From contig OZ219816.1 of NCBI GenBank assembly GCA_964291235.2, positions 352,001-416,000 on the forward strand: a DNA stretch of 64,000 nt, given 5' to 3'. The notes beneath the pieces are model-generated. The model ran no database searches. It had not been told where the DNA came from and saw only the letters and a program-made list of their open reading frames with translations. Positions 9,537-20,220 of the stretch are shown here, piece by piece (the first letter of the stretch is position 1; every line of letters begins with the position of its first letter). A program made the position numbers and the translations under genes. This DNA comes from Vicinamibacteria bacterium (lineage in GTDB: Bacteria > Acidobacteriota > Vicinamibacteria > Marinacidobacterales > Marinacidobacteraceae).

Positions 9537-10184
9537 TCACGCGTTTCGCTCGCCGGCGGCGAGCGATGCCGGCCTCGAGGCCGGCGCGCCCAGGCGAGCG
9601 ACGGCCCGGTCCACCTCCTCGGCGCCCCAATCCATCGGCAGCACGAGGTCGGCAACCAGCGCGGCCCCGGCGAGGTAGCGCCGCTGCGCCGGGATCACCA
9701 TCGTCTCGAACCGCTCCCGCACCTCGGACGCCGAATAGCAGCGTTCGGCGCCATCCCTCCCGATGCGCCGAGCGAGCAACGCGTCGAGATCCCCCTCCAG
9801 AAGAATCCGGAGGTCCGCCGCCTCCCGGACCCGCCCGTCCCAAAGCGCGAGGACCCCTTCGGCGATCACCAACCGCGTCGGGCCGAGCGACCCGGCCGTG
9901 CGGCGCGCCCCGGTCCCGAAGTCATAGACGAACCGGGGCACTGACCCGCCGGAACGGAGCGTCTCCAGATGTCGGACGAACGCATCGAGGTCGTAGGAAT
10001 CCGGTTCGTCGTAGTTCACCGCGACGCGCCGGCTTCGGGACAGGTGCGAGGTATCGCGGTAGTAGTCGTCCTGGGAAAGCACCACCGGCTGCCGGCCGGG
10101 GAGGCGTTCGGCCAGTGCGTGGGCGAAACGGGTCTTGCCCGTACAGGTCCAGCCCGCGACGGCCACCACTCGCACGTTCGACAC
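9537..10184 (-). CDS. udk: Uridine kinase family protein
   Basis: P-loop GWTCTGKT, SQDDYY, NYDEPDSYD, RRIGRD. Confidence 0.8.
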   Translation of the reverse strand: MSNVRVVAVAGWTCTGKTRFAHALAERLPGRQPVVLSQDDYYRDTSHLSRSRRVAVNYDEPDSYDLDAFVRHLETLRSGGSVPRFVYDFGTGARRTAGSLGPTRLVIAEGVLALWDGRVREAADLRILLEGDLDALLARRIGRDGAERCYSASEVRERFETMVIPAQRRYLAGAALVADLVLPMDWGAEEVDRAVARLGAPASRPASLAAGERNA

Positions 10185-10193
10185 GTGGGAGGC

Positions 10194-11684
10194 TCAGGAT
10201 TCGGGGGGATCGGCGCCCAGCGCTCGCTCGAGCGCCGCCCGGGCCTCGCGAGCATCCGCCTTGCCGCGAAGTTCCCGCATCAGCAGACCCACGAAGAAGC
10301 CGATCACCTTCTTCTTCCCGGCCCGGTAGGCGTCCCGGTCCGCCGGATGCTCCGCAACCAGCCGCGCGGCGATGTCGTCCAGCCGGGAACCGCCCGCCAA
10401 CTTCGCGAATCCCAGTGCGGTCATGAGATCGCGGGCGCTCTTCCCGCTCTCGCAGATGGCGGCGAAGACTTCCCGCGCCGCGTTCCTCGGCAACTCCCCC
10501 GCCGCGAGCAGGTGCATCAGCTCGCCCAGCCGCTCGGGCGCCGCCGCCAGTTTTCCGTCCTGTTTTTCGCGGGACGCGACTTCGCTGGTGATCCAGCCCG
10601 CGGTCACCGGCGCGGCGTCCGCGAGGGCCGAACCCGCCGCCGTCGCCGCGGCCAGCGCCGCCTCGTAGTAGTCGGCCAGTTCCCGGCGCGCGGCAATCCG
10701 CTCGGCCTGGTCGGCGGCGATCCCGTGCTCGCTCCGATAGCGCGCCACCCGCGAATCCGGGAATTCGGGAAGCTGCCGGCGCGCGGCCTCGAGCAACCCC
10801 TCCGGGAGCCGCAGCGGAGGAAGGTCGGGATCGGGAAAGTACCGATAGTCCTCGGCTTCCTCCTTGCTCCGCATGGGCTCGGTGACGCCCCGCGCCTCAT
10901 CGTAAAGGCGTGTCTCCTGGACGACCGGCTGTCCGGCGGCCAGCAGGTCGCGGTGCCGTTTCTCCTCGTATTCGAGAGCCCGATGCAGAAACCGGAACGA
11001 GTTCAGGTTCTTCAGCTCCACTCTGACCCCGTAGCGCGGGGAGCCGCGCCGCCGGACGGAGATGTTACCGTCCATCCGGAGGTTTCCTTTCTCCATGTCC
11101 GCGTCGGACACGCCGCAATAGACAACCCGGCGCTTGAGCTCCCGGGCGTAGGCGCAGGCCTCGGCGGCCGAACGCATGTCCGGGTCGCTGACGATCTCGA
11201 TGAGAGGCACGCCGGCCCGGTTGAAATCCACGCCGCTGCGCTTGTCCGACCCCGGGAATCCGTCATGTACCAACTTGCCGGCGTCCTCCTCGATCTGGAT
11301 CCGATTGATCCCGACGGAACGGTCCACCGCCTCGGAATTCGGCCCCGCGTCCAGCCGCACGCGGACCGCCCCGTCGTCCGCAAGCGGAAACTCGTACTGC
11401 GTGATCTGGTAGCCCTTGGGAAGGTCGGGATAGAAGTAGTGCTTCCGTTCGAAGACGGACTCCTCGTTGATGTCGCAGTCCAGGGCGAGCCCGGCGAGGA
11501 CCGCGAGTTCCACCGCCCGGTGATTCGGAACCGGCAGGGCTCCGGGAAGGCCGTAGCACACCGGGCAAAGGTGGGTGTTCGGCGGCGAACCGAACTCGTT
11601 CCGGCAGCCGCAGAAGAGTTTCGTCCGGGTATCGAGCTGGACGTGCATCTCCAGCCCGATGACGGTTTCGAACGGATCGATCAC
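10194..11684 (-). CDS. gatB: Asp/Glu-tRNA amidotransferase subunit B
   Basis: IGLEMHVQL, RKHYFYPDLPKGYQITQ, DFNRAGVPLIEIV, RSKEEAEDYRYFPDPDL. Confidence 0.98.
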   Translation of the reverse strand: MIDPFETVIGLEMHVQLDTRTKLFCGCRNEFGSPPNTHLCPVCYGLPGALPVPNHRAVELAVLAGLALDCDINEESVFERKHYFYPDLPKGYQITQYEFPLADDGAVRVRLDAGPNSEAVDRSVGINRIQIEEDAGKLVHDGFPGSDKRSGVDFNRAGVPLIEIVSDPDMRSAAEACAYARELKRRVVYCGVSDADMEKGNLRMDGNISVRRRGSPRYGVRVELKNLNSFRFLHRALEYEEKRHRDLLAAGQPVVQETRLYDEARGVTEPMRSKEEAEDYRYFPDPDLPPLRLPEGLLEAARRQLPEFPDSRVARYRSEHGIAADQAERIAARRELADYYEAALAAATAAGSALADAAPVTAGWITSEVASREKQDGKLAAAPERLGELMHLLAAGELPRNAAREVFAAICESGKSARDLMTALGFAKLAGGSRLDDIAARLVAEHPADRDAYRAGKKKVIGFFVGLLMRELRGKADAREARAALERALGADPPES

Positions 11685-11737
11685 CGGACCAGCTTCGCGA
11701 ATCGGTTCAGGACACCCACCCCAGGCCCAAACCCACC

Positions 11738-13522
11738 CTAGTCGTACAAGGCTTCGATGAGGTCGGCGTAGCGCTCCGCCACCACCCGGCGCTTCACCTT
11801 CATGGTGGGCGTCAGCTCGCCGCTCTCGATGGAAAAGGCCGCCGTCACCACGGCGATCTTCTTGACTTGCTCGAAGGATGCGAGCCCTTCGCTCAGCCGG
11901 CTGATCTCGGACATCAGATGGGTCTGGACGCGTTCATCGCCGGCCATGGCCTCCGGGCCGTCGGCCGTGATTCCCTCACCCTCGCACCACCTCGCCAGCT
12001 GCTCGAAGTCCGGCGCCACCAGCGCCGACAGGTACGGCTTGCCGTCCCCGACCATCACCAGTTCGGCGATGTACACGCTCGACTTGAGGGTTCCTTCGAT
12101 CGGCTGCGGCGCGACGTTCTTGCCGCCGGCGGTGACCAGCAGATCCTTCTTCCGATCCGTGATGCGCAAGAAGCCGTCTTCGTCGAATGTTCCGACATCT
12201 CCGGTGTGGAACCAACCGTCCACGATCGCCTCGCCGGTCGCGGCGTCGTTGCCGAAGTAGCCCTTCATCACGTTGTGGCCACGACAGAGGATCTCGCCGT
12301 CGTCGGCAATCCGGACGTCCACTCCGTGAATGGGAATCCCGACGCTGCCGAACCGGAAGCGGTCCCGGCGGTTGACGGTGATGACCGGCGACGTCTCGGT
12401 GAGCCCGTAGCCCTCGATGACGACCCAGCCTGCCGCCAGGAAGAACTCCGCCACATCGCGGGGAAGCGCGGCGCCCCCCGAGACGAACAGTTGCATCTGC
12501 CCACCCATCCGGGCGTGCAGCTTGCTGAAGACCAGCTTCGTCGCGACCGCGTACTTGATTCGCAACCCGGCGGGAGGCGTCGTCCCGTCCTGGCGGTGCC
12601 GGCCCACCGCGTAGCCGACCGAGAACGCCCAGTTGAAGATCTTCTGCTTCAGCGGGCTTCCGGCGGCGGCCGACTCGAGAACCTTGTCCCGCATCTTCTC
12701 GTAGAAGCGCGGTACGCAGGCCATCACGGTGGGATGGACTTCGCCGATGTTCTCGACGAGGGTGTCCATGCTCTCGGCGATGGCGATGGTGACCCCGGCG
12801 TGGGGGTAGAGGTAGTGCGCCACCATGCGCGCGAACACGTGGCTATAGGGCAGCACCGAAATAGCCCGGTCCTCCGGGGAAAGGGTGAGCGCTTCGTGGG
12901 AGGCAACGGTGTTCTGGAGCAGGTTCTGCTGCGTGAGCATCACCCCCTTCGGGTTCCCGGTGGTTCCCGAGGTGTAGATGATGGTGGCCACGTCGTCCCC
13001 GGAAACCGCCGCCGCGAGCCGCTCCGCCACTCCCGAGTCCACCGCGCGGGAACTCTTCCCGGCGTCCACCACCACCGACCATGACTGGAATCCCGAGTCC
13101 TCCAGCGGCGAGTCCAGGGTAAAGACGATCTCCACATCCGGCAGCTCATCCTGAACGGCGCGGATCTTGGCCTGTTGCTCCGCGGAAGACGCCACCACCA
13201 CGCGCGCCCCCGAGTCCCGGATGATGTAGGCCGCCTGCTGGGCAGTCAGGGTCGGATAGATCGGGACCGTGACCGCACCCAGGATCTGGAGCCCGGCTTC
13301 GATCGTGAACCACTCGAGCCGGTTCTCGGAAAGCAGCACCACCCGGTCCCCTTTCCGGACACCGCGGATCGAGAGCCCCGTTGCGGCATCCCGGGCAGCG
13401 CTGAGCCAGCCGGCGGACGAAAGCTTCTTCCACCGTCCGTCCTCCTTGTAGAGGATGGCGTCATCCTTGTCGTGCCGGGCACAAGCGGCGGCAAAAAGCT
13501 GATTGAGAGTCTGCGCTTCCAT
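11738..13522 (-). CDS. Long-chain fatty acid-CoA ligase (AMP-binding)
   Basis: IYTSGTTGNPKG, EGYGLTETSP, WFHTGDVG, ITDRKKD. Start at ATG 13522; the longer ORF extends into the repeat array. Confidence 0.93.
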   Translation of the reverse strand: MEAQTLNQLFAAACARHDKDDAILYKEDGRWKKLSSAGWLSAARDAATGLSIRGVRKGDRVVLLSENRLEWFTIEAGLQILGAVTVPIYPTLTAQQAAYIIRDSGARVVVASSAEQQAKIRAVQDELPDVEIVFTLDSPLEDSGFQSWSVVVDAGKSSRAVDSGVAERLAAAVSGDDVATIIYTSGTTGNPKGVMLTQQNLLQNTVASHEALTLSPEDRAISVLPYSHVFARMVAHYLYPHAGVTIAIAESMDTLVENIGEVHPTVMACVPRFYEKMRDKVLESAAAGSPLKQKIFNWAFSVGYAVGRHRQDGTTPPAGLRIKYAVATKLVFSKLHARMGGQMQLFVSGGAALPRDVAEFFLAAGWVVIEGYGLTETSPVITVNRRDRFRFGSVGIPIHGVDVRIADDGEILCRGHNVMKGYFGNDAATGEAIVDGWFHTGDVGTFDEDGFLRITDRKKDLLVTAGGKNVAPQPIEGTLKSSVYIAELVMVGDGKPYLSALVAPDFEQLARWCEGEGITADGPEAMAGDERVQTHLMSEISRLSEGLASFEQVKKIAVVTAAFSIESGELTPTMKVKRRVVAERYADLIEALYD

Positions 13523-13582
13523 AGGACCCCTCCCGGCGACCATCTTATTCATCCGCCCCGGAACGCGCAGCCACCCCGGCAC

Positions 13583-14312
13583 GGGAACGCCGACCTCCAG
13601 TTCTCCGGGTGGGGGCCGGCACAGCCCCGCCCCAGGCCGCGGGACGGCCCCCCCCAGGGCGGGCGACGGGACGGCCCCACCGCCAGGATGGCGGCAGGGA
13701 TCCCCCCAGCCTCGGCGGCGCACAGGCAAGGGAACGCCGACCTCCAGGTCGGCACAGCCCGCCGAGGCGGGCGGCGGGACGGACCCTCCCCAGCACACAC
13801 GGCGGGCGACGGGACGGCCCCCCCACCGCCAGGATGGCTCCCCTCTCGGCAGGGATCCCCCCAGCCTCGGCGGCGCACAGGCAAGGGAACGCCGACCTCC
13901 AGGTCGGCACAGCCCGCCGCAGGCGGGCTGTGCCGGCCTGGAGGCCGGCGCTCCCTTGCCGACACGTCGCCGGAGCGATGGGGCTCTGCGCCTCCCGGGT
14001 GCCTCCGAACGGCGTCAACCCGGCACCGCCCCGCGAAGCGGTGCGGCAGGACGGACCCTCCCGAGCACACCCGGCGGGCGACCGCAACGGAACGCCGACC
14101 TCCAGGTCGGCACAGCCCGCCGCAGGCGGGCGGCGGGACGAACCCTCCCCGAGCACAGACGGCGGGCGACCGCAAGGGAACGCCGACCTCCAGGTCGGCA
14201 CAGCCCGCCGCAGGCGGGCGGCGGGACGGACCCTCCCCAGCACCGACGGCGGGCGACCGCAATGGAACGCCGATCTCCAGATCGGCACAGCCCCGCGAAG
14301 CGGGGCGGCGGG
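13583..14312 (+). repeat. Intergenic REP-like hairpin array (about 7 core copies, basic unit ~87 bp)
   Basis: Core GGAACGCCGACCTCCAGGTCGGCACAGCCC near 13731, 13886, 14089, 14177 and 14264. A partial copy lies at 13584 and an inverted copy near 13928-13955. Confidence 0.85.
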
Positions 14313-14376
14313 ATGACCCCCGAACGCTTGAACTGGATCCGAAGCGCGCGAAGATTGCCGCCCCCCCTCCTCCCTC

Positions 14377-14979
14377 ATGTTCGAACTCGTCCTCCCCGTG
14401 GCCCTCTTCGCGGTCTCCATGTCCATCACGCCCGGACCCAACAACGTCATGGTCACCGCCTCGGGGGCCAACTTCGGGTACCGGCGGACGATTCCGCATC
14501 TGTTGGGAATCGGCCTCGGGTACCCGGCGATGGTCTGCGCGGTCGGGCTCGGTCTCGGCGGCATCTTCGAAGCCGTCCCCCCAAATCCATACCGGTCCTG
14601 AAGTACGTCGGCTCCGCCTACATCCTCTGGATGGCCTGGAAAATCGCGACCGCCAGCGGGCTCCGGCAGGCGGAGGAACGACCCGGGCGTCCCTTCACGT
14701 TCCTGCAGGCCGCCGGGTTTCAGTGGGTAAACCCCAAGGGCTGGGTGGTGGCGGTCGGCGCGATCAGTGCCTTCACGACCGTTCAGGGGGATCTCTTCTT
14801 CGAGGTGGGAGCGATCACCCTGATCTTCGCCTGCGTGAACTATCCCTGCGCCTCGGCATGGACCCTCTTCGGTGTCGGCATCGGGCGGCTGCTGCAGCGC
14901 GGGAACCGGCTCCTGGCCTTCAACGGCGCGATGGCCCTGCTGCTGGTCGCCCTCCATCGTGCCCCTCTTCGCCGGCTGA
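14377..14979 (+). CDS. LysE family translocator, reading frame broken by about 3 single-base insertions
   Basis: ITPGPNN, GSAYILWMAWKIA and FQWVNPKGW fall in different frames. Removing extra bases near 14580, 14591 and 14951 restores a ~199 aa protein ending ASIVPLFAG. Confidence 0.8.
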
Positions 14980-15194
14980 CCTATGAATGCTCGGAATCGC
15001 GACGACCATCCGACCTCCTGGCGTTCCTCCCTCTCGCCCGGACGAACGTCGTCCACGCCGATGTCATCCGGCACTTCCCGTCGAGGCCGAAATCATCGGC
15101 CCGCACTGTGGCCACACCACGGCGGTTATTCGTGAGAACCACTGCCAAACCAGGCACGTACACTCCGTAACCACCTCTCGACTCCGCCCACTCC

Positions 15195-15230
15195 TTAGGT
15201 CTTCGTTTCCACGACCTTCGCGCATCAGTC
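15195..15230 (+). pseudogene. Possible tyrosine-recombinase fragment (LGLRFHDLR)
   Basis: tta ggt ctt cgt ttc cac gac ctt cgc encodes LGLRFHDLR, the HxLR box-II motif. No intact ORF surrounds it. Confidence 0.3.
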
Positions 15231-15280
15231 CGCCGCGGAGGCCAAAGTAAACCTCTCCAATAGCACCCAACGAACACCCA

Positions 15281-18200
15281 GTGACCACGGCCGACAGAAG
15301 GACCGCGCAAAGGGCCCATTTCCGGCAATTGTGCCGCGTCCTCTGGCAGCAACCAACATCCCGCGCCGCACTAATGATCGGAGCAGGCTCTCAGCTGCAA
15401 CGCCCGTCCCATTAGACCCGGCGTCGGCAATTTCCCTAGTTGGCAACATCTCGGTCGAACTATTTCGGCCGAACTAAGTGCCAAGCATCCCGCTAACTCT
15501 CAGCCCTGTCATGACGATGACTCTGACGTCGACGTATTGCAACTCGCCGGATGAATACGAGGCACAGTTCGGCAGAGTTCCCCTTGAGAACCTCGTTCGG
15601 CGCACCATTCCCGATTCCCTTCATGAGCCGGGTGACCTGCATTCTCAACTTCTCCGCCTACCCTGGTCCGACGTCTTCACAACCAATTTCGACACCCTTC
15701 TAGAGAGAACCACACTTGCGTCGCGCATCTATCGCCCAGTCGTCAACTTTTGAACAGCTCACACACACTCCCTCTCCTCGAATAATCAAACTCCACGGCA
15801 CGCTGGCGGCGGGATCCCCTCTCATTCTGACCCGGGAGGACTACCGGACTTACTCCAAGGAGTTCGCCCCTTTCGTCAATACTGTACGGCAGTCTCTCCT
15901 CGAGAACTCGCTCGTCCTTATCGGCTTTTCTGCCAGCGATCCCAATTTCTTGGAGTGGATCGGTTGGATCCGTGATGAGCTGCGTGATCGCCACGCTCCG
16001 ATCTATTGGGTCGGCCTTTCTTCGTTCTCGGTTGCCCAGACGTTGCTCCTCCGGAACCGCGGAATCACAGTGCTTGACCTGCGAACATTGGCACCGGCGC
16101 TTCGCCGGTGCCGAACCCGCACGAAAGCCATCTGGCTTGGTTGTGTCGGAACCTCTCCCTTGCACGACCGCGATCTCCTCTCACTTGGCCCTTCACTGCA
16201 CAGGCCAAACACGCGACTTCGTCAACCGATAAGGACGTCACTCTCCCTGTCGATGAATCGGAGCTCCCTCCTGTTGACGATGAACTGACGACTTCGTGAC
16301 CCACTCAATGAGTCGGCAGCGCGCAACATTCTAGGCCGCTGGCGTTACGAGCGACAGACCTATCCAGGCTGGCTTGTTGCCCCGGTTTCGAAGCGGGATA
16401 CGATTGGCGCTCAACCGAACGCTCGATTGACCCCACTACTCCAGTACGCTAGGGAGCGCCCGGCAGACGAGCGCCTTGACATCCTTCTGGAGGTTAACTG
16501 GCGCCTAGATCTCGTGATGATGCCGTTGGATACGCGCTGGGTCTCCGCCTTTGAAGAGGCTCTTGACGCCTTTGCCGAGAAGGCTGATCCGCTAGCTCCT
16601 GCAGAAGCAACCATAGCTGGGTTCGAAATCGCGTTCGCACTACTGCGCTCGTACCGCGAGGACTACCGTGAAGAGCAGTGGACAAAGCTAAGCACCGTTC
16701 TCAGGTCCCGTGTTGCCGATCACACCCAGTTTGTCGGGCGGTTGCACTACGAAGCGACACTTTGGCACGTGTGGAACCTCAACAGACCCAGTGCCCACGA
16801 GGCCTTGGATGGCTGGGCACCACAACACCCGCAGGAATCTCTGTGGAAGGCAGGATTGCTGCTGGAACTAGAGCGCGCGGAGGATGCGCGAGCCCTAGTT
16901 CGTAGCGCAATCCAAGAAGTTCGGGACCTCCAAACAAGAGACGAGAGTCCCGATTTTCGATTGCTTTCTACGGAGGGTTGGGCCCTTTACCTACTCTCGC
17001 AGTGTGAATTTCAGATCGATTGGAAGGGCGCATTTCAGAAGCGTTCCGAATACTCCGCCCGGTGGGATGAGCTCAAGAAGTGGGACTGTAGCCCCTGGCC
17101 GAGTCTCGAGTACTTTGACGGCGTCATCTCTGAGACACCACCGAAGCAGACCACTGGACGGCACCGCCGACGCGCCTTCGATCCTTGGCGGCGCACGACG
17201 TCCGTTGTGCTGATGGGTCGCCCAATCGCCGCCTGGCTGCCAGCGCTCGCCTATACACGACTGTATGAGGTGGTAGGTCGTCCTATGCGCATTCCGTTCG
17301 GGCAGTACCGATCGAACACTCGTAAACGCGGTTCGTTGGTGGCGGACTTCACGGAATTCTGGTCCCCTTCTCTCCTCATGCGAGCAGGCGATTTGAAGGG
17401 ACTGACCGAGTCCGAATTACTGGACCGGATATCCGTAGCGACGACACCGCGCCGAACTTGTGGACCGACTAAGTCAGTGGTTGATGGACGCTCTAGATCG
17501 TGAAATACGGCCTGGCACCGGGAATGTTGGACTCAAGGAGCTCGATCCAGATTTTGTCGCCACTCTAATGGAGGCTCTGTCCCGTCTGACGATTAGGTTG
17601 CAGGACCACGTACTGCATCAGATGTTGGACAGGCTTCAGGTCCTGTATCAGCACACGGATCTACCTACTCACTCGGGACTTTTTCAAAGCACGAGAAGCT
17701 TGGCTGGAGCGCGTCTTTTCCGCTCTGTCCGACAAGGCGCTGTATCAGCTGCTTCCGAAAATCCTAAGATTTCCACTGGAAGATTCTGCACCGGACAAAC
17801 GGGAGGCAGCGTGGGATGGTCGGTTCTACGACATGCACAACTTCCCGGTGGACCGTATCGGTCGAGTGAAGAAGGAGGCGCGGAAATCTGATCAAATCGC
17901 TCGCTGCATCGACTGGCTTTTCGAGAGAACACGCGATTCCGACCTCGTTGCAACCAATGCCGCTACTGATCGGTTAATCGGCGTATTCGCGTCAGGAATG
18001 ATGCGCAAGAGGGACGTGCGGCGGCTAGAGGCGGCTATCTGGCATGGCACGGAGGAGAACTGGCGGAACGTCATTCTTCGGTTCCATCCCGCTTTCTTGT
18101 TCACGCTCCCCTCGCCCTAGTACGGTCAATTTGTCCTCCACGTTGAAGGCAATGGCCAGGTCGGATGCATCAGGAGCACCGGAGAACGGTATCGTGGTTG

Positions 18201-19054
18201 GAAGCCGTCCATTCCACAGGGCAGCGGCCGCATCTGCGCCGCCGTTCCGGTTACCCGAGGATTCATACGGAGAGATTGAGTGGTCGCGAGAGGAAGCTCT
18301 TGAGGTCTGGAAAGAGGCCCAGCGTTGGTGGGGGAGCGCACGCAAAATACCTCTCGGCGGATATGGGGGCGATGAGCTTTGGCGTAGCGGATGTCGAGGC
18401 AACGGTACGAGATATCGGGACGTTTGTTTGGAAAGCTGTGTTTCCCGTGCTGCACGAGAGCGACAAGGCAGAATGGGAGAGATTGATTCGTTTTCTTGAT
18501 TCCGCGCGGAAGTTAGGTGTGAGTCTCGCTACTGCCGAGATACACATGCTGTCATGGATGCCGGAGATGGAGAGCAGTGTTTCTGAAGCGATTGCAACGG
18601 CGCTTCATTCAGAGAACCCTGGGACTATCTCAGCTGCGTCTCGGTCGATCCGACACTGCGCGGGTTTGTACGAGAACGGCCATAGCGCATTTGCTCCAAA
18701 GGAGTTAGTCGAACTACTCGCGAGACGAGTCGCCTTTCGACAGCAGCCAGACTTGCTGGAGTGCATGGATGACTTGGCGTATGTCCTCCTTCATTTTCCT
18801 GTCGCGGTGAATCGCGACGTCATGAACCTACTTGTAGCTAGCCTGAAGTCATGGATTGCGTCACTTTGGCCTCTAGACGGTGGCGGGCGACGCGCCCGGA
18901 GCTGCAAGCGCTCTTGTGCCATCTTTCCGAAGCGATGGCAGTATGGTGGCAGGGGCAGTGCCCCGACGAGTCTCAACCGGACGAACTGGCTGAGATTCGC
19001 AAACTGTGCACAGACAGCCCTCTGCCTGAGGTTCGTCGTGCCGTGAAGAGTTAG
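15281..19054 (+). CDS. Large SIR2-domain protein (defence-associated sirtuin-like), split by about a dozen frameshifts
   Basis: Stitched frames give ALMIGAG.SCNA, FPSWQHL, WSDVFTTNFDTLLE, IIKLHG, LIGFSASDPNFLEWIGWIRD, RQTYPGWLVAP, a long helical region and C-terminal SPLPEVRRAVKS. GC is lower than the flanks. Confidence 0.8.
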
Positions 19055-19263
19055 CGTGTCAGACCCTAGCCGGGCGAAGGGAAAGACAGCGACCTCCGCG
19101 ATCGCCACTCAGCCCGTGCCTCTTGGTGCGGTCAATATCGGACATCAGTGGGTTCCTCACCGCCGTGTTGGAACGCATGCCCGTTCTGAAAACCGGCGAA
19201 CCTGCCCCCGCGACTTCGCATCCCGTCAGCACCGCCCATCGTCTGCTAGGATGCTTCGCTCAT

Positions 19264-20194
19264 ATGCCCGACAGTCGCGCCCCCACCGGCGCCAGCGCAG
19301 ACAACCGCCCCGGTCCCCAAGTCCCCCAGGGCCTCTTTGTCCGCTGCGAAGGGTGCTCGGAAATCGTTTACGGCCGGGCCCTTCGGGAGAACCTCGAGGT
19401 CTGCCCGCGCTGTGATTTCCACATGCGCCTCGGGGCGCGCGAGCGCCTCGAGATGCTGGTGGACGACGGGGGTCTATCGGGAGATCTCCGGGGGTATCCG
19501 TTCCAACGATCCGCTCCGCTTCCGGGACCGGGTGGACTACCGCGACCGGCTCCGCAAGGGCGCCGAAAAGACGGGTCTCGACGACGCCGTCATCGTGGCG
19601 CGCGCCGAGATCGGGCGGACACCCGTTGTCCTCGCCGTCATGGAGTACGCGTTCATCGGCGGCAGCATGGGCGTCGTGGTGGGCGAGCAGATCACGCGCG
19701 CGGTGGAAACCGCCCACGACGCCCGCATTCCGCTGATCGTGGTTTCCTGTTCGGGCGGCGCCCGGATGCAGGAAGGCGCGCTCTCGCTGATGCAGATGGC
19801 CAAGATCGCGTCGGCCCTCGCGCTCCTCGACGACGCCGGTCTGCCCTACATCTCGCTCCTCACCCACCCCACGACCGGCGGCGTCACGGCCAGCTACGCG
19901 ATGCTCGGCGATATGAACATCGCGGAGCCCGGAGCCCTGATCGGCTTCGCCGGCCCCCGGGTGATCCAGCAGACGATCCGCGGCGAACTGCCGCCGGGCT
20001 TTCAGCGTTCGGAGTTTCTGCTCCGGCACGGGATGCTCGACCGGGTGGTCCACCGCCGTGAGCTTCGCGCCGTGCTGGGCGGATTCCTGCGATTCATGTA
20101 CGAACCCGCCGAAGCCACCGCTTCCGCGGAAAAGGACGCCGCCGCCACCGCGCAGACCGCACCCGAGCCGGTGCGGGTCCGCGCCGCCCGCTAG
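19264..20194 (+). CDS. accD: Acetyl-CoA carboxylase carboxyltransferase beta subunit (one +1 frameshift in a G run near 19470)
   Basis: Zn finger CEGC..CPRC is in one frame; GGSMG, SGGARMQEG and PTTGGVTASYAMLGD are in another. Confidence 0.93.
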
Positions 20195-20220
20195 AGCCGG
20201 CGGCACTCCCGCTCGCTTCC

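Noticed and set aside
13583-14312. CRISPR array interpretation of the regularly spaced repeats (also 34365-34720)
   Set aside because: The intervening sequences are themselves repeated rather than unique spacers, one copy is inverted, and no cas genes are present.
13175-15170. Long ORFs with repeated peptides (NADLQVGTA, TPTSRSAQP)
   Set aside because: They are translations of the stop-free GC-rich repeat array in several frames on both strands; only the lysE portion is protein-like.
19460-19480. Programmed frameshift in accD
   Set aside because: A single extra G in a G run within a zone of many indels, with no slippery heptamer; sequencing error is simpler.
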